Shown: positions 9,668 through 19,027, numbered from the stretch's first letter. The stretch: DNA of 64,000 bases from an uncultured Hyphomicrobiales bacterium (GCA_964458605.1 CAYWLS010000016.1:29620-93619); one strand, 5' to 3'. Notes: generated from the letters alone by a model not told the origin. Numbers and translations: made by a program.

Positions 9668-9674
9668 GCCGGCG

Positions 9675-11426
9675 CTAGCCCAGCAGCAGCCGGCGCATCA
9701 GGCCGATCAGCTGCTCCGAGGTGAACGGCTTGCTGAGCACCGGCACGTCGCGGAATTCGGCATTGATGCCCTCGCGGCCGTAGCCGGTGGCGAAGGCGAA
9801 GGGCACGCCCTGGCGCTGCAGCGCCGTAGCCAGGTCGTGCACCGGCTGGCCCGCCAGATTGGCGTCGAGCAGCACCGCATCGAACTGGCCCAGCGCCACC
9901 GCCCGCCGCGCCGCATCGAGGGTGCCGGCGCGGCCCGACACCACCATGCCGACATCGGTCAGCGCGCTTTCGATGTCCAGCGCAACCAGCACCTCGTCCT
10001 CGACGATCAGCACTCGCTTGCCTTCCATGCCGGCGCTGCCGGTCCCGCCGACAGTCTCGATGCCCTCGCGCTCGGCCGCCGACAGGCTGGTGGTGCTTTC
10101 GACCTCCGGCAGCGGCACCACCAGTTCGCAGGTCACGCCACCAGGCCGGTAGTGCAGCAGCCCGCGGCCGCCTTCCGATTCCAGAGTGCGCTCGATCAAG
10201 GTGCTGCCGAAGCCGCGCCGGCTGGGCTCGCTCACGCCCTCGACCCCGCTCTCGCGCCATTGCAGCACCAGTTCGCGGCGCGGATAGGCGAATACCTGCC
10301 ACTGGATCGCCAGCCGGCCGCCGGCTTGCGACAGGGCGCCGTATTTGCGCGCGTTGGTGGCCAGCTCGTGCAGCACCAGCCCGAGATTGACCGCCGCCTT
10401 GGCCGGCAGGAACACCGGCGGGCCGTCGAAGGCGATGCGCTCGCCGCCATCCTTGCCCAGCACCACCTGCTCGCGCGCGATCTGCTCGATCGACGCGCCC
10501 TGCATGCGCCCGCTGACCAGCAGGTCGTGCGCCCGCGCCAGCGACTGGATGCGGCCGTTGAACGAGGCGACGAAGGCGGCCGGGCTCGAAGCGCTGCGCA
10601 GCGACTGGCCGGCCAGCGCCTGGATGGTAGCCAGGGTGTTCTTGACGCGATGGTTGAGCTCGTCGAACAGCAGGCGCTGCAACTGCTCGGCCTGTTTGCG
10701 TTCGGTGACGTCGCGCGCGATCTTGGAAGCGCCGACCACCACGCCGGCGCGGTTGCGCAGCGGCGACACGGTGATCGAAACGTCGATGCGCCGGCCGTCC
10801 TTGGTCAGGCGCACCGTGTCGAAATGCTCGATACGCTGGCCGCGCTGGATGCGGGCGATGATCTCCTTCTCCTCGTCCTGCAGCTCAGCAGGGATGATCT
10901 TGAGGATCGGCTGGCCGATCATCTCCTCCGCGCTCCAGCCGAAGATGCGCTGGGCCGCGGCGTTCCAGGAATTGATGCGCCCGGTCAGATCCTTCGAAAC
11001 GATGGCGTCTTCGGACGAGGACACGATCGCCGCCAGCCGGGCCAGCTCCATGTCCGCCTTGACCCGGTCGCTGAGATCGATCAGCACGTTGAGCATGCCG
11101 ATCACCTTGCCTTGCGCGTCGCGCAGCAAGCTGGGATGGCCGCGCACCGTGACGCGGCTGCCATCGGGCCGTTCGACGATCGCTTCGGCACCCTGCACCG
11201 CCCGGTCGGCCTTGAGGGATACCGCGGTCGGGCTTTGCTCGGCGGACAGCGGCTGGCCGCCCAGGCCGTAGAGGCGCCAGGCGCCGGTCCAGCGTGCCTT
11301 GGCCAGTTCGGGACGGTATCCCCACAGCTCGGCGGCGGCCTCGTTGTAATAGGTGAGATAGCCCTCGGCGTCGGTCAGGTAGGCTGGTAACGGCAGCGCT
11401 GCGAGCAGGGTCGGATCGACGGTCAT
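9675..11426 (-). CDS. hybrid sensor histidine kinase: PAS domains, HWE/HisKA_2-type kinase and C-terminal receiver
   Basis: Met143 of ORF 9675..11852. PAS-like repeats (YYNEAAAELWGY, INSWNAAAQRIFGW), H-box ELNHRVKNTLATIQALAGQS (HWE/HisKA_2 style), receiver KRVLIVEDE...LLDANL...SKPF. Confidence 0.85.
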   Translation of the reverse strand: MTVDPTLLAALPLPAYLTDAEGYLTYYNEAAAELWGYRPELAKARWTGAWRLYGLGGQPLSAEQSPTAVSLKADRAVQGAEAIVERPDGSRVTVRGHPSLLRDAQGKVIGMLNVLIDLSDRVKADMELARLAAIVSSSEDAIVSKDLTGRINSWNAAAQRIFGWSAEEMIGQPILKIIPAELQDEEKEIIARIQRGQRIEHFDTVRLTKDGRRIDVSITVSPLRNRAGVVVGASKIARDVTERKQAEQLQRLLFDELNHRVKNTLATIQALAGQSLRSASSPAAFVASFNGRIQSLARAHDLLVSGRMQGASIEQIAREQVVLGKDGGERIAFDGPPVFLPAKAAVNLGLVLHELATNARKYGALSQAGGRLAIQWQVFAYPRRELVLQWRESGVEGVSEPSRRGFGSTLIERTLESEGGRGLLHYRPGGVTCELVVPLPEVESTTSLSAAEREGIETVGGTGSAGMEGKRVLIVEDEVLVALDIESALTDVGMVVSGRAGTLDAARRAVALGQFDAVLLDANLAGQPVHDLATALQRQGVPFAFATGYGREGINAEFRDVPVLSKPFTSEQLIGLMRRLLLG

Positions 11427-11585
11427 TCGCGTTGTTTTACTTGTGGTTGCCCCGCCGGGGTGGCTGCAATCTAGCCAAGATCGCAGCGCTCGGCAAAAAA
11501 TGACGTCTACGGTAACGTTTGGCCGCGCCGAACGATCCCGGCCGACATCCCCCGGCGCCCCGTATCGCCGCCGGTCGCCCCCAAA

Positions 11586-11640
11586 GGGCAGTCGATGGGG
11601 GCAGTCGATGGGGGGCAGTCGATGGGGCGGTCGACGGGCA
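11586..11640. repeat. tandem repeat G(3-6)-CAGTCGAT, ~4.5 copies with variable G-run length
   Basis: gggcagtcgat gggggcagtcgat ggggggcagtcgat ggggcggtcgac gggca, read directly. Confidence 0.85.
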
Positions 11641-11643
11641 ACT

Positions 11644-11667
11644 GAACAGGCCGGTGGGCCATCCGTT
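11644..11667 (+). promoter_or_regulatory. candidate sigma-EcfG (general stress response) promoter: tGAAC-N16-CGTT
   Basis: GAAC at 11644-11647, a 16-nt spacer, then CGTT at 11664-11667, 28 nt upstream of the DUF4142 ATG. The known alphaproteobacterial EcfG consensus is GGAAC-N16/17-CGTT. Confidence 0.45.
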
Positions 11668-11694
11668 TTCCCTTGTACAGCCAAGGAGAAAAGG

Positions 11695-12240
11695 ATGACC
11701 CCCCAAAAGCCGCACCGCACCCCCCAGCCCACCGACCGCAACGAAACCGCCAGCGCCATGCGCGACCTTGCCGGAGGCGTGGCGAGCAAGCTGGAAGCCG
11801 CCGTCACCACCTCGACCGAAGGCTTCGTGAAGATGGCCGGCACCAGCGACATCTACGAGCTGGAAGCGGCCAAGATCGCCCTGCAGCGCTCGACCAGCCA
11901 GGACGTCAAGGATTTCGCCCGTCACATGATCGCCGATCACACCCGGACGACCGAGCAGCTCAAATCGACCCTGCAGGCGCTGGGCATGCCGACCGTGCCG
12001 CCGCAGCAGCTCGACGAGCGCCACCAGACCATGCTCGACGATCTCAACGGCGCGGCCCAGGAGGATTTCGACCACCGCTATATCGCCCAGCAGAAGGCCG
12101 CCCACTCGGCCGCCATCACCCTGTTCAAGACCTATCGCGAACGCGGCGAGGCTCGGGAACTGCGCGCGCTATGCGCCCAGGCGCTGCCGGTGCTGGAGAG
12201 CCATCTGCACATGATCGAGCAGATGAAGGCGCAGCGTTAG
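11695..12240 (+). CDS. DUF4142-like four-helix protein
   Basis: Met85 of ORF 11443..12240, preceded by AAGGAGAAAAGG. The repeated pattern ...YELEAAKIALQRSTSQDVKDFARHMIADHTRTTEQL... / ...FDHRYIAQQKAAHSAAITLF...ALPVLESHLHMIEQM matches my recollection of DUF4142. No signal peptide is apparent. Confidence 0.65.
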   Translation: MTPQKPHRTPQPTDRNETASAMRDLAGGVASKLEAAVTTSTEGFVKMAGTSDIYELEAAKIALQRSTSQDVKDFARHMIADHTRTTEQLKSTLQALGMPTVPPQQLDERHQTMLDDLNGAAQEDFDHRYIAQQKAAHSAAITLFKTYRERGEARELRALCAQALPVLESHLHMIEQMKAQR

Positions 12241-12249
12241 CGCTGGTTG

Positions 12250-12276
12250 GCGGCCGGCTCAGCGCCGGCCGCTTTT
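12250..12276 (+). terminator. candidate Rho-independent terminator after the DUF4142 gene
   Basis: GCGGCCGGC-tcagc-GCCGGCCGC (9-bp GC stem) followed by TTTT. A near-identical copy of the stem-loop at 12280-12304 overlaps the 3' end of the convergent MFS gene. Confidence 0.55.
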
Positions 12277-12289
12277 CCCGGCGGCCGGT

Positions 12290-13507
12290 TCAGCGCCGGC
12301 CGCTGGCCAGCCGGGTGGCCTCGGGCCGGGCGCGCAGCCGGCCCATGGCGACGATGCCGGCGATCGGACCCAGCGCCAGCACGACGAAGGCGTAGCGCCA
12401 GCCCAGCCATTCCACCACATAAGGCAGGGCGTGGATGGTAATCAGCGTGAGCAGGAAGCCCACCGCCGTCTGCGCCGTCAGCATGGTGCCGATGCGGTCG
12501 GGCGGCGACAGCTCGGCGACGCTGGCCGAGAACTGCGCCGAGTCCGCCACCACCGCCACGCCCCACACCAGGCACAGCACGATGGTGAGAGCCGGCCCGC
12601 CGCCATAGGTGAAGCCGATCAGCACGCAGCACGTGCCGCTGATCAGCAATGCGGCCATGGTGATGGTGGTGCGGCCCAGCCGGTCGGCCAGCAAGCCGCC
12701 CAGCAGCGAGCCCAGCGCGCCGATGCCGATGGTGGCGAAGGCCACCAGCTTGGCGGCCACCGCGCCGCCTTCGGGCATGGAAAGCGCGAAGCTGGCGGCC
12801 AGGAAGGCGCCGATCCAGGCCCACATGGCGTAGAGCTCCCACATATGGCCGAGATAGCCGAGATTGGCCAGGCGCAGCGGCACGTTCTGCCAGCCATAGA
12901 GCGCGTCGGCGAAGCGGAAGGCGCCGCGCCGTGCATTGGCCGGGCCGATGCCGACCAGGTTGACGAAAACCGCCGCCAGACCTGCCGCCAGCGAGGCCAG
13001 CGCGATGGTCCAGCGCCAGTCGACCCCGCCCAGCACGTCGAACAGATAGGGCGAAGCCGAGCCCAGGGTCAGCGCGCCGACCAGGATGCCGACCAGCAGC
13101 CCCGCATTGCCGCGTGCCCAGCTCGCCGCCATCTTCATGCCCACCGGATAGATGCCGGCCATGCAGATGCCGGTCGCCAGCCGCAACGCCGGCACCACCG
13201 CCGACAGCGGATCGACCGCCAGGATCGCGGCATTGGCCAGCGCGGCGAGGGCGGCGCAGATGCAAAACAGCCGGCGCGAATCGATCCGGTCGGGCAGCGC
13301 GAACAGCGCGCTGCCGACACAGCCGATCACGAAGCCCAGCTGCACCGCCGCCGTCAGCAGCGCCTTGTGGAACGCGCCGATATGGTATTGCGCGTCGAGC
13401 GACTGGATCACCGGCGAGGTGGAGAACCACAGCGCCAGCGCCCCCACCTCGCACAGGGCAAGCGTTGCGATGGAGGCGGCGGCGGACCGGAACGAAGGGA
13501 TACCCAT
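12290..13507 (-). CDS. MFS transporter
   Basis: 405 aa with ~12 hydrophobic segments, a DRxxRR-like loop (LPDRIDSRR) after TM2 and its counterpart (LADRLGRT) in the second half. Confidence 0.85.
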   Translation of the reverse strand: MGIPSFRSAAASIATLALCEVGALALWFSTSPVIQSLDAQYHIGAFHKALLTAAVQLGFVIGCVGSALFALPDRIDSRRLFCICAALAALANAAILAVDPLSAVVPALRLATGICMAGIYPVGMKMAASWARGNAGLLVGILVGALTLGSASPYLFDVLGGVDWRWTIALASLAAGLAAVFVNLVGIGPANARRGAFRFADALYGWQNVPLRLANLGYLGHMWELYAMWAWIGAFLAASFALSMPEGGAVAAKLVAFATIGIGALGSLLGGLLADRLGRTTITMAALLISGTCCVLIGFTYGGGPALTIVLCLVWGVAVVADSAQFSASVAELSPPDRIGTMLTAQTAVGFLLTLITIHALPYVVEWLGWRYAFVVLALGPIAGIVAMGRLRARPEATRLASGRR

Positions 13508-13598
13508 GACGGCGGCGATTATCGGCCCCGCGCCGTCAAAGGCAAGCGCGGGCGGTCGCAGCGATTGCCCGACACGACACCGGCGCGAAGAATCGGCC

Positions 13599-15530
13599 TC
13601 AGGACGAGGCGGTGCCCGGCAAGCGGATCAGCGCCTCGCGATGACGCTCGTGCCGCACCGCCGCCGCCCGCACCCGCAGCAGGTCGCGTCGCGCCACCAG
13701 CCCCACCACCTGGCCGTCGCGGCGACGCAGGATCGGCACGCGCCCGGCATCGGCCTGCGCCATGCGGTCGGCCAGCCGGCCGACCAGCTCGTCTTCGTGG
13801 CCGGTCAGGCAGTCGCGCCCGCCCACCGCCTCGGCCAGGGTGCCCTCCTGCGCCCAGCCCTCGCGGGTCCAGCGCAGCACGTCGGCGCGCGCCACCATGC
13901 CGACCAGCCTGCCCGCGTCGTCGACCACCGGATAGCTCTTGTGGCGCGGCGCCGTCCCATCGCCCGCGCCCTCCTCGCCCGTCCCGTCATCCGCCGCGGC
14001 GCCGGTGAAGAACGCCACCGCGGCGCCGATCGTCATGGCGCCGGACAGGGTGTCGACCGGCTGGGCCATGATCTCCTGCACGCGCATGATCTCGAACGGA
14101 TCGACCACATATTCGCGCATCACATGGTGGCCGCGGCGGGCCACCTTTTCGGTCAGGATCGAGCGCTTCAGCAGCAGCACGGTGGTGGTGTGAGCCATGA
14201 CGCAGCCCACCGCCAGCGGCAGCATGGCGCCGAAATTATGCGTCAGCTCGATGGCGAAGACGATGGCGGTGAGCGGCGAGCGCATCGTGCCGCCCATCAT
14301 CGCCGCCATGCCGACCAGCGCCCACAGCGCCACGTCGCCCTGCGCGATGCCGTGGGGCACGATGCCGCCGAACAGCGCGCCCAGCGCGCCGCCCATGATC
14401 AGCAGCGGCGCCAGCACGCCGCCGGACGTGCCCGAGCCCAGCGCGATCGCCCAGATGATCGCCTTGACCGCCATCAGCCGCAGCACCGGCCCGTTGTCCA
14501 GCGTGCCATGCAGCAGGGCGGCGATGTTGTCGTAGCCCACGCCCAGCGCGTGCGGCTCGATCAGTCCGCCGACGCCGATCGTCAGCCCGCCCAGCACCGG
14601 CCACCACATCCAATGGATCGGCAGGCGCTGGAAGGCGTCCTCGCAGGCATAGACCATCAGGGTCAGCAGCCCCGAGGCCAGCCCGCCGGCCACGCCCAGC
14701 AGTGCCGCGCATAGCAGGCCCAGCGCCGGCAATGTCGCGCTGCTGGCCATCGGAAACAGCACGCCGCCGCCCAGCAGCAGCGGCCGCCACGCCGCCGCCA
14801 CCACCGCGGCCACCGCCACCGGCACGAAGCTGCGCGGCTTCCATTCGAACAGCAGCAGCTCGACCGCCAGCAAGATGGCGGCGATCGGCGTGCCGAAGGT
14901 GGCGGCCATGCCGGCCGCGGCGCCGGCCACCAGCAGGGTCTTGCGTTCGGCGTTGGAGAGCTGGAAGAACTGGGCGAACAGCGAGCCGAAGGCGCCGCCG
15001 GTCATGATGATCGGCCCCTCGGCGCCGAACGGACCGCCGCTGCCGATCGAGATCGCCGAGGACAGCGGCTTGAGCAGCGCCACCTTGGGCTGGATGCGGC
15101 TGCGGCCGATCAGGATCGCCTCCATCGCCTCGGGAATGCCGTGGCCGCGGATCTTCTCCGAGCCGTAGCGCGCCATCAGGCCGATGATCAGGCAGCCCGC
15201 CGCCGGCACCAGCACCGCCCAGCCGCCCAGATGGTGGCTGGCGATCTCGGCCGGCGCGGTGCTGAAGCGGCCGAAATAGGCCAGGTTGGTGGCCAGCGCG
15301 ATCAGCCGCAGCAGCGCCCAGGCCGCCGCCGCGCCGGCGCTGCCCACCACCAGCGCCATCGCCGCCAGCAGCAGCAGGCGCGGATCGGCGGTGAAGTCGC
15401 GCAGGCCATGCTCGCCCGCCGCCGCCCCGCCCGATCCGGGGCCCGGCACGAGATCCCGCGCGGGGCTCGAGCTGGCTTGGGGTTGCGCGGATAAGTCGGG
15501 TTGCGCGGACAAGGCGGCGCGGGGTTCCAT
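13599..15530 (-). CDS. ClC-family chloride channel / H+-Cl- exchanger with C-terminal CBS pair
   Basis: Start taken at Met43 of ORF 13599..15656. ClC motifs GHGIPEA, GSGGPFGAEGP and GGVLAP, then a C-terminal CBS-like region (VQEIMAQPVDTL..., PVVDDAGRLVGMVARADVL, VPILRRRDGQVVGLVARRDLL). Confidence 0.85.
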   Translation of the reverse strand: MEPRAALSAQPDLSAQPQASSSPARDLVPGPGSGGAAAGEHGLRDFTADPRLLLLAAMALVVGSAGAAAAWALLRLIALATNLAYFGRFSTAPAEIASHHLGGWAVLVPAAGCLIIGLMARYGSEKIRGHGIPEAMEAILIGRSRIQPKVALLKPLSSAISIGSGGPFGAEGPIIMTGGAFGSLFAQFFQLSNAERKTLLVAGAAAGMAATFGTPIAAILLAVELLLFEWKPRSFVPVAVAAVVAAAWRPLLLGGGVLFPMASSATLPALGLLCAALLGVAGGLASGLLTLMVYACEDAFQRLPIHWMWWPVLGGLTIGVGGLIEPHALGVGYDNIAALLHGTLDNGPVLRLMAVKAIIWAIALGSGTSGGVLAPLLIMGGALGALFGGIVPHGIAQGDVALWALVGMAAMMGGTMRSPLTAIVFAIELTHNFGAMLPLAVGCVMAHTTTVLLLKRSILTEKVARRGHHVMREYVVDPFEIMRVQEIMAQPVDTLSGAMTIGAAVAFFTGAAADDGTGEEGAGDGTAPRHKSYPVVDDAGRLVGMVARADVLRWTREGWAQEGTLAEAVGGRDCLTGHEDELVGRLADRMAQADAGRVPILRRRDGQVVGLVARRDLLRVRAAAVRHERHREALIRLPGTASS

Positions 15531-15570
15531 CAGGGCCTCGACGGGACAGGAATGGGTTCGGGGACCGGGT

Positions 15571-15591
15571 TTATATCGTATTACGATATAA
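15571..15591. promoter_or_regulatory. perfect 21-bp palindrome, candidate MarR operator
   Basis: TTATATCGTA-T-TACGATATAA lies between the divergent ClC (start 15530) and marR (start 15611) genes. It is the only AT-rich stretch in this intergenic region. Confidence 0.6.
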
Positions 15592-15610
15592 TTGGAAGTG
15601 CGGGGGATGC

Positions 15611-16081
15611 ATGGCTGCGACGCGCGGTAAGGCCGAGGCCTTGAAAACGACGACATCGCGGAACGCGGCCGGTTCGAGGGCGGCGCTCGACCCGGCCGAC
15701 TACCAGCGCCTGGCCGAGTTCCGCTATCTGCTGCGCCAGTTCCTGGTGTTCAGCGAACAGGCCGCCGAGGCTGCCGGGCTGACGGCGCAGCAGCACCAGG
15801 CACTGCTGGCGCTGAAAGGCCATCGCGGTCCGGCGCCGCTGGGGATCGGCGCGCTGGCCAAGCGGCTGGCGATCCGCCCGCACAGCGCGGTCGGGCTGAT
15901 CGACCGGCTGGCGGCCAAGGATCTGGTGCGCCGCTCCAGCCCGGCCAGCGACCGCCGCCAGGTGCTGATCGAGCTGACGCCCCATGCCGAGGCGCTGCTG
16001 CACAGGCTGACCAGCGCCCATCGTCGCGAGCTGGCGCGCATCGCCCCGCTGCTGTCGGAGCTGTTGAAGCCGTTCGTGTGA
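15611..16081 (+). CDS. MarR family transcriptional regulator
   Basis: Winged-helix region LTAQQHQALLALKGHRGPAPLGIGALAKRLAIRPHSAVGLIDRLAAKDLVRRSSPASDRRQVLIELT. Confidence 0.85.
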   Translation: MAATRGKAEALKTTTSRNAAGSRAALDPADYQRLAEFRYLLRQFLVFSEQAAEAAGLTAQQHQALLALKGHRGPAPLGIGALAKRLAIRPHSAVGLIDRLAAKDLVRRSSPASDRRQVLIELTPHAEALLHRLTSAHRRELARIAPLLSELLKPFV

Positions 16082-16217
16082 TCTGAGCGGATCGCGATCG
16101 GAGACAGCGCGACAACGCTGCCCTCCGGTCGCGTGAATCCGCTCGATTCCTCAGGGGTAGAGCCAATCCAGATCTTTCGACGGAATCCGGAAGGATTCCG
16201 TCGAAAGGCGATTGGCG

Positions 16218-18599
16218 CTAGCGCCGCGCCGCCGCCAGCAGGCCGCGCGCCGCGGCATCGATGATCGCCTCGCCGTCCAGGCCGTAGACCCGGTAGAGAT
16301 CGGGCAGGTCGCCCGACTGGCCGAAATGGTCGACGCCCAGCGGCTGCACGCGCTGGCCGCGCACCGCGCCCAGCCAGGACAGCGCCGCCGGATGGGCGTC
16401 GGTCAGCGTGACCAGCGCGGCACCCTGCGCCAGCGGCGCCAGCAGATCCTCGACATGGCTGCCGGCCTGCCCGCCCGCATTGCGCCCCTGCCGCGACCTG
16501 ACCCAGCCCTCGTGCAGCCGGTCGGCCGACGTCACCGCCAGCAGCCCGGCGCCGGGAATGTCCGGCAGGATCGCCTCGTAGGCGGCGATGGCCTCGGGCG
16601 CCACCGCGCCGGTATAGGCGATGGCGAAATCCACGCCCGGCGCCGGCGGCTTCAGCCAGTAGCCGCCCGCGACGATGGCATGGCGCAGCGCCGCATCGAC
16701 GGTGCGCTGCGGCTGCTCGATCGGCCTGGTCGACAGGCGCAGATAGATCGAACCGCCCTCTTCGTCCTGCATGTGGCGGAAGCCGAACGCCATGATGGTG
16801 GCCAGCTCGTCGACGAAGGCCGGCTCGAAGGCGGCCAGCCCATCCTGCGCCATGCCGATCAGCGGCGTGCCGATCGACTGGTGCGCGCCGCCTTCGGCCG
16901 CCAGGGTGATGCCCGAGGGCGTCGCCACCAGCATGAAGCGGGCGCGCTGGTAGCAGGCATAGTTGAGCGCATCCAGACCGCGCTGGATGAACGGGTCGTA
17001 CAGCGTGCCGATCGGCAGCAGCCGGGCGCCGAACAGCGTGTCGCTCATGCCCAGCGCGCCGAGCTGCAGGAACAGGTTGTTCTCGGCGATGCCCAGCTCG
17101 ATGTGCTGGCCTTGCGGCGACATCTGCCAGCGCTGCGCCGACACCACCTTCTCCTCGCGGAACACGTCGGCGGCTTCCTGGCGATGGAAGATGCCGCGCC
17201 GGTTGACCCAGGCGCCCAGATTGGTCGACACCGTGACGTCGGGCGAGGTGGTGACGATGCGCGCGGCCAGCGGCGTATCGGAGCCCGCGATCTCGTTGAG
17301 GATGCGGCCGAAGCCCTCCTGCGTCGATTGCCGCGGCGCGCTGGGAATCGGCAAGGTCTCCGGCACCTCGATGGCGGCAGCGTCGCGCCGGCGCCTGCCC
17401 TCGGCATTGAACGGCACCTGGGCCAGGAAGGCCTGCAATTCCTGCGCAGGCACGTCGAGGCCGGCGAACTTTTCCCACTCCTCGCCCTCGCCCAGTCCCA
17501 TCGACTGGCGGAAGCCCGCCATCTGGTCGGGACTCATCAGCCCGGCGTGGTTGTCCTTGTGACCGGCGAAAGGCAGGCCGAAGCCCTTGATGGTATAGGC
17601 GATGAAGCAGGTCGGCACGTCGTCATGGCCGGCCGCTTCGAACGCCTCCAGCACCGCTTCCAGATCGTTGCCGGCCAGGTTGGTCATCAGCGCCTGCAGC
17701 GCCTGGTCGTCATGCGCCTCGAGGATGCGGCGGATGCCGGGATAGGCGTTGAGGTCGCGGGTCAGCGCCTGGCGCCAGGCGGCGCCGCCCTTGTAGACCA
17801 GCGCCGAATAGAGCGAGTTGGGGCAGTTGTCGATCCAGTCGCGCAGATGGCCGCCATCCTCCTGGGCGAAGGCCGCCTCGAGCTGCTTGCCGTATTTCAA
17901 GGTGACGACGCGCCAGCCCACCATGTCGAACAGCCGGTCGATGCGGTTGAACAGCCGGTCGCTGACCACCGAATCCAGGCTCTGGCGGTTGTAGTCGATC
18001 ACCCACCACAGGTTCTTGACGTCGTGCTTCCAGCCCTCGAGCAGCGCTTCGAAGATGTTGCCTTCGTCGAGTTCGGCATCGCCGACCAGCGCCACCATGC
18101 GGCCGGGCGCGCGCTCCTCGTCGGCGAGCTTCTTGAGCCGCACATAGTCCTGCACGATCGAGGCGAACAGGGTGATCGCCACGCCCAGCCCGACCGAGCC
18201 GGTGGAGAAATCGACGTCGTCGCTGTCCTTGGTGCGCGAGGGATAGGCCTGCGCGCCGCCCAGCCTGCGGAAATTCTCCAGTCTGTCGCGCGTCTGATTG
18301 CCCAGCAGGTACTGGATGGCGTGGAACACCGGCGAGGCATGCGGCTTGACCGCGACGCGATCCTGCGGCCGCAGCACCGCGAAATAGAGCGCCGTCATGA
18401 TGGTGGCGAGCGAGGCGCTGGAGGCCTGGTGGCCGCCCACCTTCAGCCCGTCGCGGCTGTCGCGGATATGGTTGGCGTTGTGGATCGTCCAGCTCGACAG
18501 CCACAGCGCCTTCTTCTGCAGCGCCCGCAGGCAGCGCAGCCGCTCGGCCCGGATCTGGCTGCGGTCGCTCGAATCCTTGCGCATCTGAGTGGCGGGCAT
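16218..18599 (-). CDS. AceE-like (homodimeric-type) 2-oxoacid dehydrogenase E1 / transketolase-fold protein, ~793 aa
   Basis: Start at Met72 of ORF 16218..18812, preceded by AGGAGA. ThDP region GDAELDEGNIFEALLEGWKHDVKNLWWVIDYNRQSLD (GDG-X-N style) plus GGHQASSASLATIMTALYF resemble E. coli AceE as I recall it. No E2/E3 genes are nearby. Confidence 0.7.
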   Translation of the reverse strand: MPATQMRKDSSDRSQIRAERLRCLRALQKKALWLSSWTIHNANHIRDSRDGLKVGGHQASSASLATIMTALYFAVLRPQDRVAVKPHASPVFHAIQYLLGNQTRDRLENFRRLGGAQAYPSRTKDSDDVDFSTGSVGLGVAITLFASIVQDYVRLKKLADEERAPGRMVALVGDAELDEGNIFEALLEGWKHDVKNLWWVIDYNRQSLDSVVSDRLFNRIDRLFDMVGWRVVTLKYGKQLEAAFAQEDGGHLRDWIDNCPNSLYSALVYKGGAAWRQALTRDLNAYPGIRRILEAHDDQALQALMTNLAGNDLEAVLEAFEAAGHDDVPTCFIAYTIKGFGLPFAGHKDNHAGLMSPDQMAGFRQSMGLGEGEEWEKFAGLDVPAQELQAFLAQVPFNAEGRRRRDAAAIEVPETLPIPSAPRQSTQEGFGRILNEIAGSDTPLAARIVTTSPDVTVSTNLGAWVNRRGIFHRQEAADVFREEKVVSAQRWQMSPQGQHIELGIAENNLFLQLGALGMSDTLFGARLLPIGTLYDPFIQRGLDALNYACYQRARFMLVATPSGITLAAEGGAHQSIGTPLIGMAQDGLAAFEPAFVDELATIMAFGFRHMQDEEGGSIYLRLSTRPIEQPQRTVDAALRHAIVAGGYWLKPPAPGVDFAIAYTGAVAPEAIAAYEAILPDIPGAGLLAVTSADRLHEGWVRSRQGRNAGGQAGSHVEDLLAPLAQGAALVTLTDAHPAALSWLGAVRGQRVQPLGVDHFGQSGDLPDLYRVYGLDGEAIIDAAARGLLAAARR

Positions 18600-18853
18600 G
18601 TCTTTCTCCTGTTGCGGCAGGAGGATAGGCCGCGTGCCGGGGAAAAGCTTTGCGAACAGGCCGCCCAAGCCCCGGTAATGGGTCGAATATTCCATAAAGA
18701 CGGTTCTTATTGGATAAATCGACCGAATCGAGCGCTGCGTCGGCAAAGAGTGGCCGCTGGGGCGGGCGCGGCCGCGACCCGGCGGGAACCGGCATGGCCG
18801 CCAAGCGCTCAAGCTAGAGCCGCCCGGTCCCGCCGCTCCCGCCCGAGGTTGTC

Positions 18854-19027
18854 ATGCTCAAGCTTGCCTTTATCTTCTTCATCGTCTCGCTGATCGCCGG
18901 CCTGCTGGGCCTGACCGGCATCGCCCAGGGTGCGCGGCGCATCGCTCTGATCGTCTTCGTCCTGGCGCTGATCGTGTTCGTGGTGCTGCTGGTGATCGGC
19001 TTGATGGCCGGCGCCGTGCTGTTCTGA
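18854..19027 (+). CDS. DUF1328/UPF0391-type small membrane protein (57 aa)
   Basis: Not in the ORF track because it is under 60 aa. My hand translation reads MLKLAFIFFIVSLIAGLLGLTGIAQGARRIALIVFVLALIVFVVLLVIGLMAGAVLF*, with GAGG 5 nt upstream of the ATG. Confidence 0.7.
   Translation: MLKLAFIFFIVSLIAGLLGLTGIAQGARRIALIVFVLALIVFVVLLVIGLMAGAVLF

Noticed and set aside
6281-11640. The tandem repeats at 6281-6332 and 11586-11640 as possible CRISPR or mini-array elements.
   Set aside because: The units are only 12-14 bp and directly abutting, with no spacers. No cas genes are in the window.
18785-18809. GGAAC-N16-CGCT upstream of the DUF1328 gene as a second EcfG-type promoter.
   Set aside because: The -10 element is mismatched (CGCT instead of CGTT), and such a hit is easily produced by chance in GC-rich DNA. 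It is not called as a feature.
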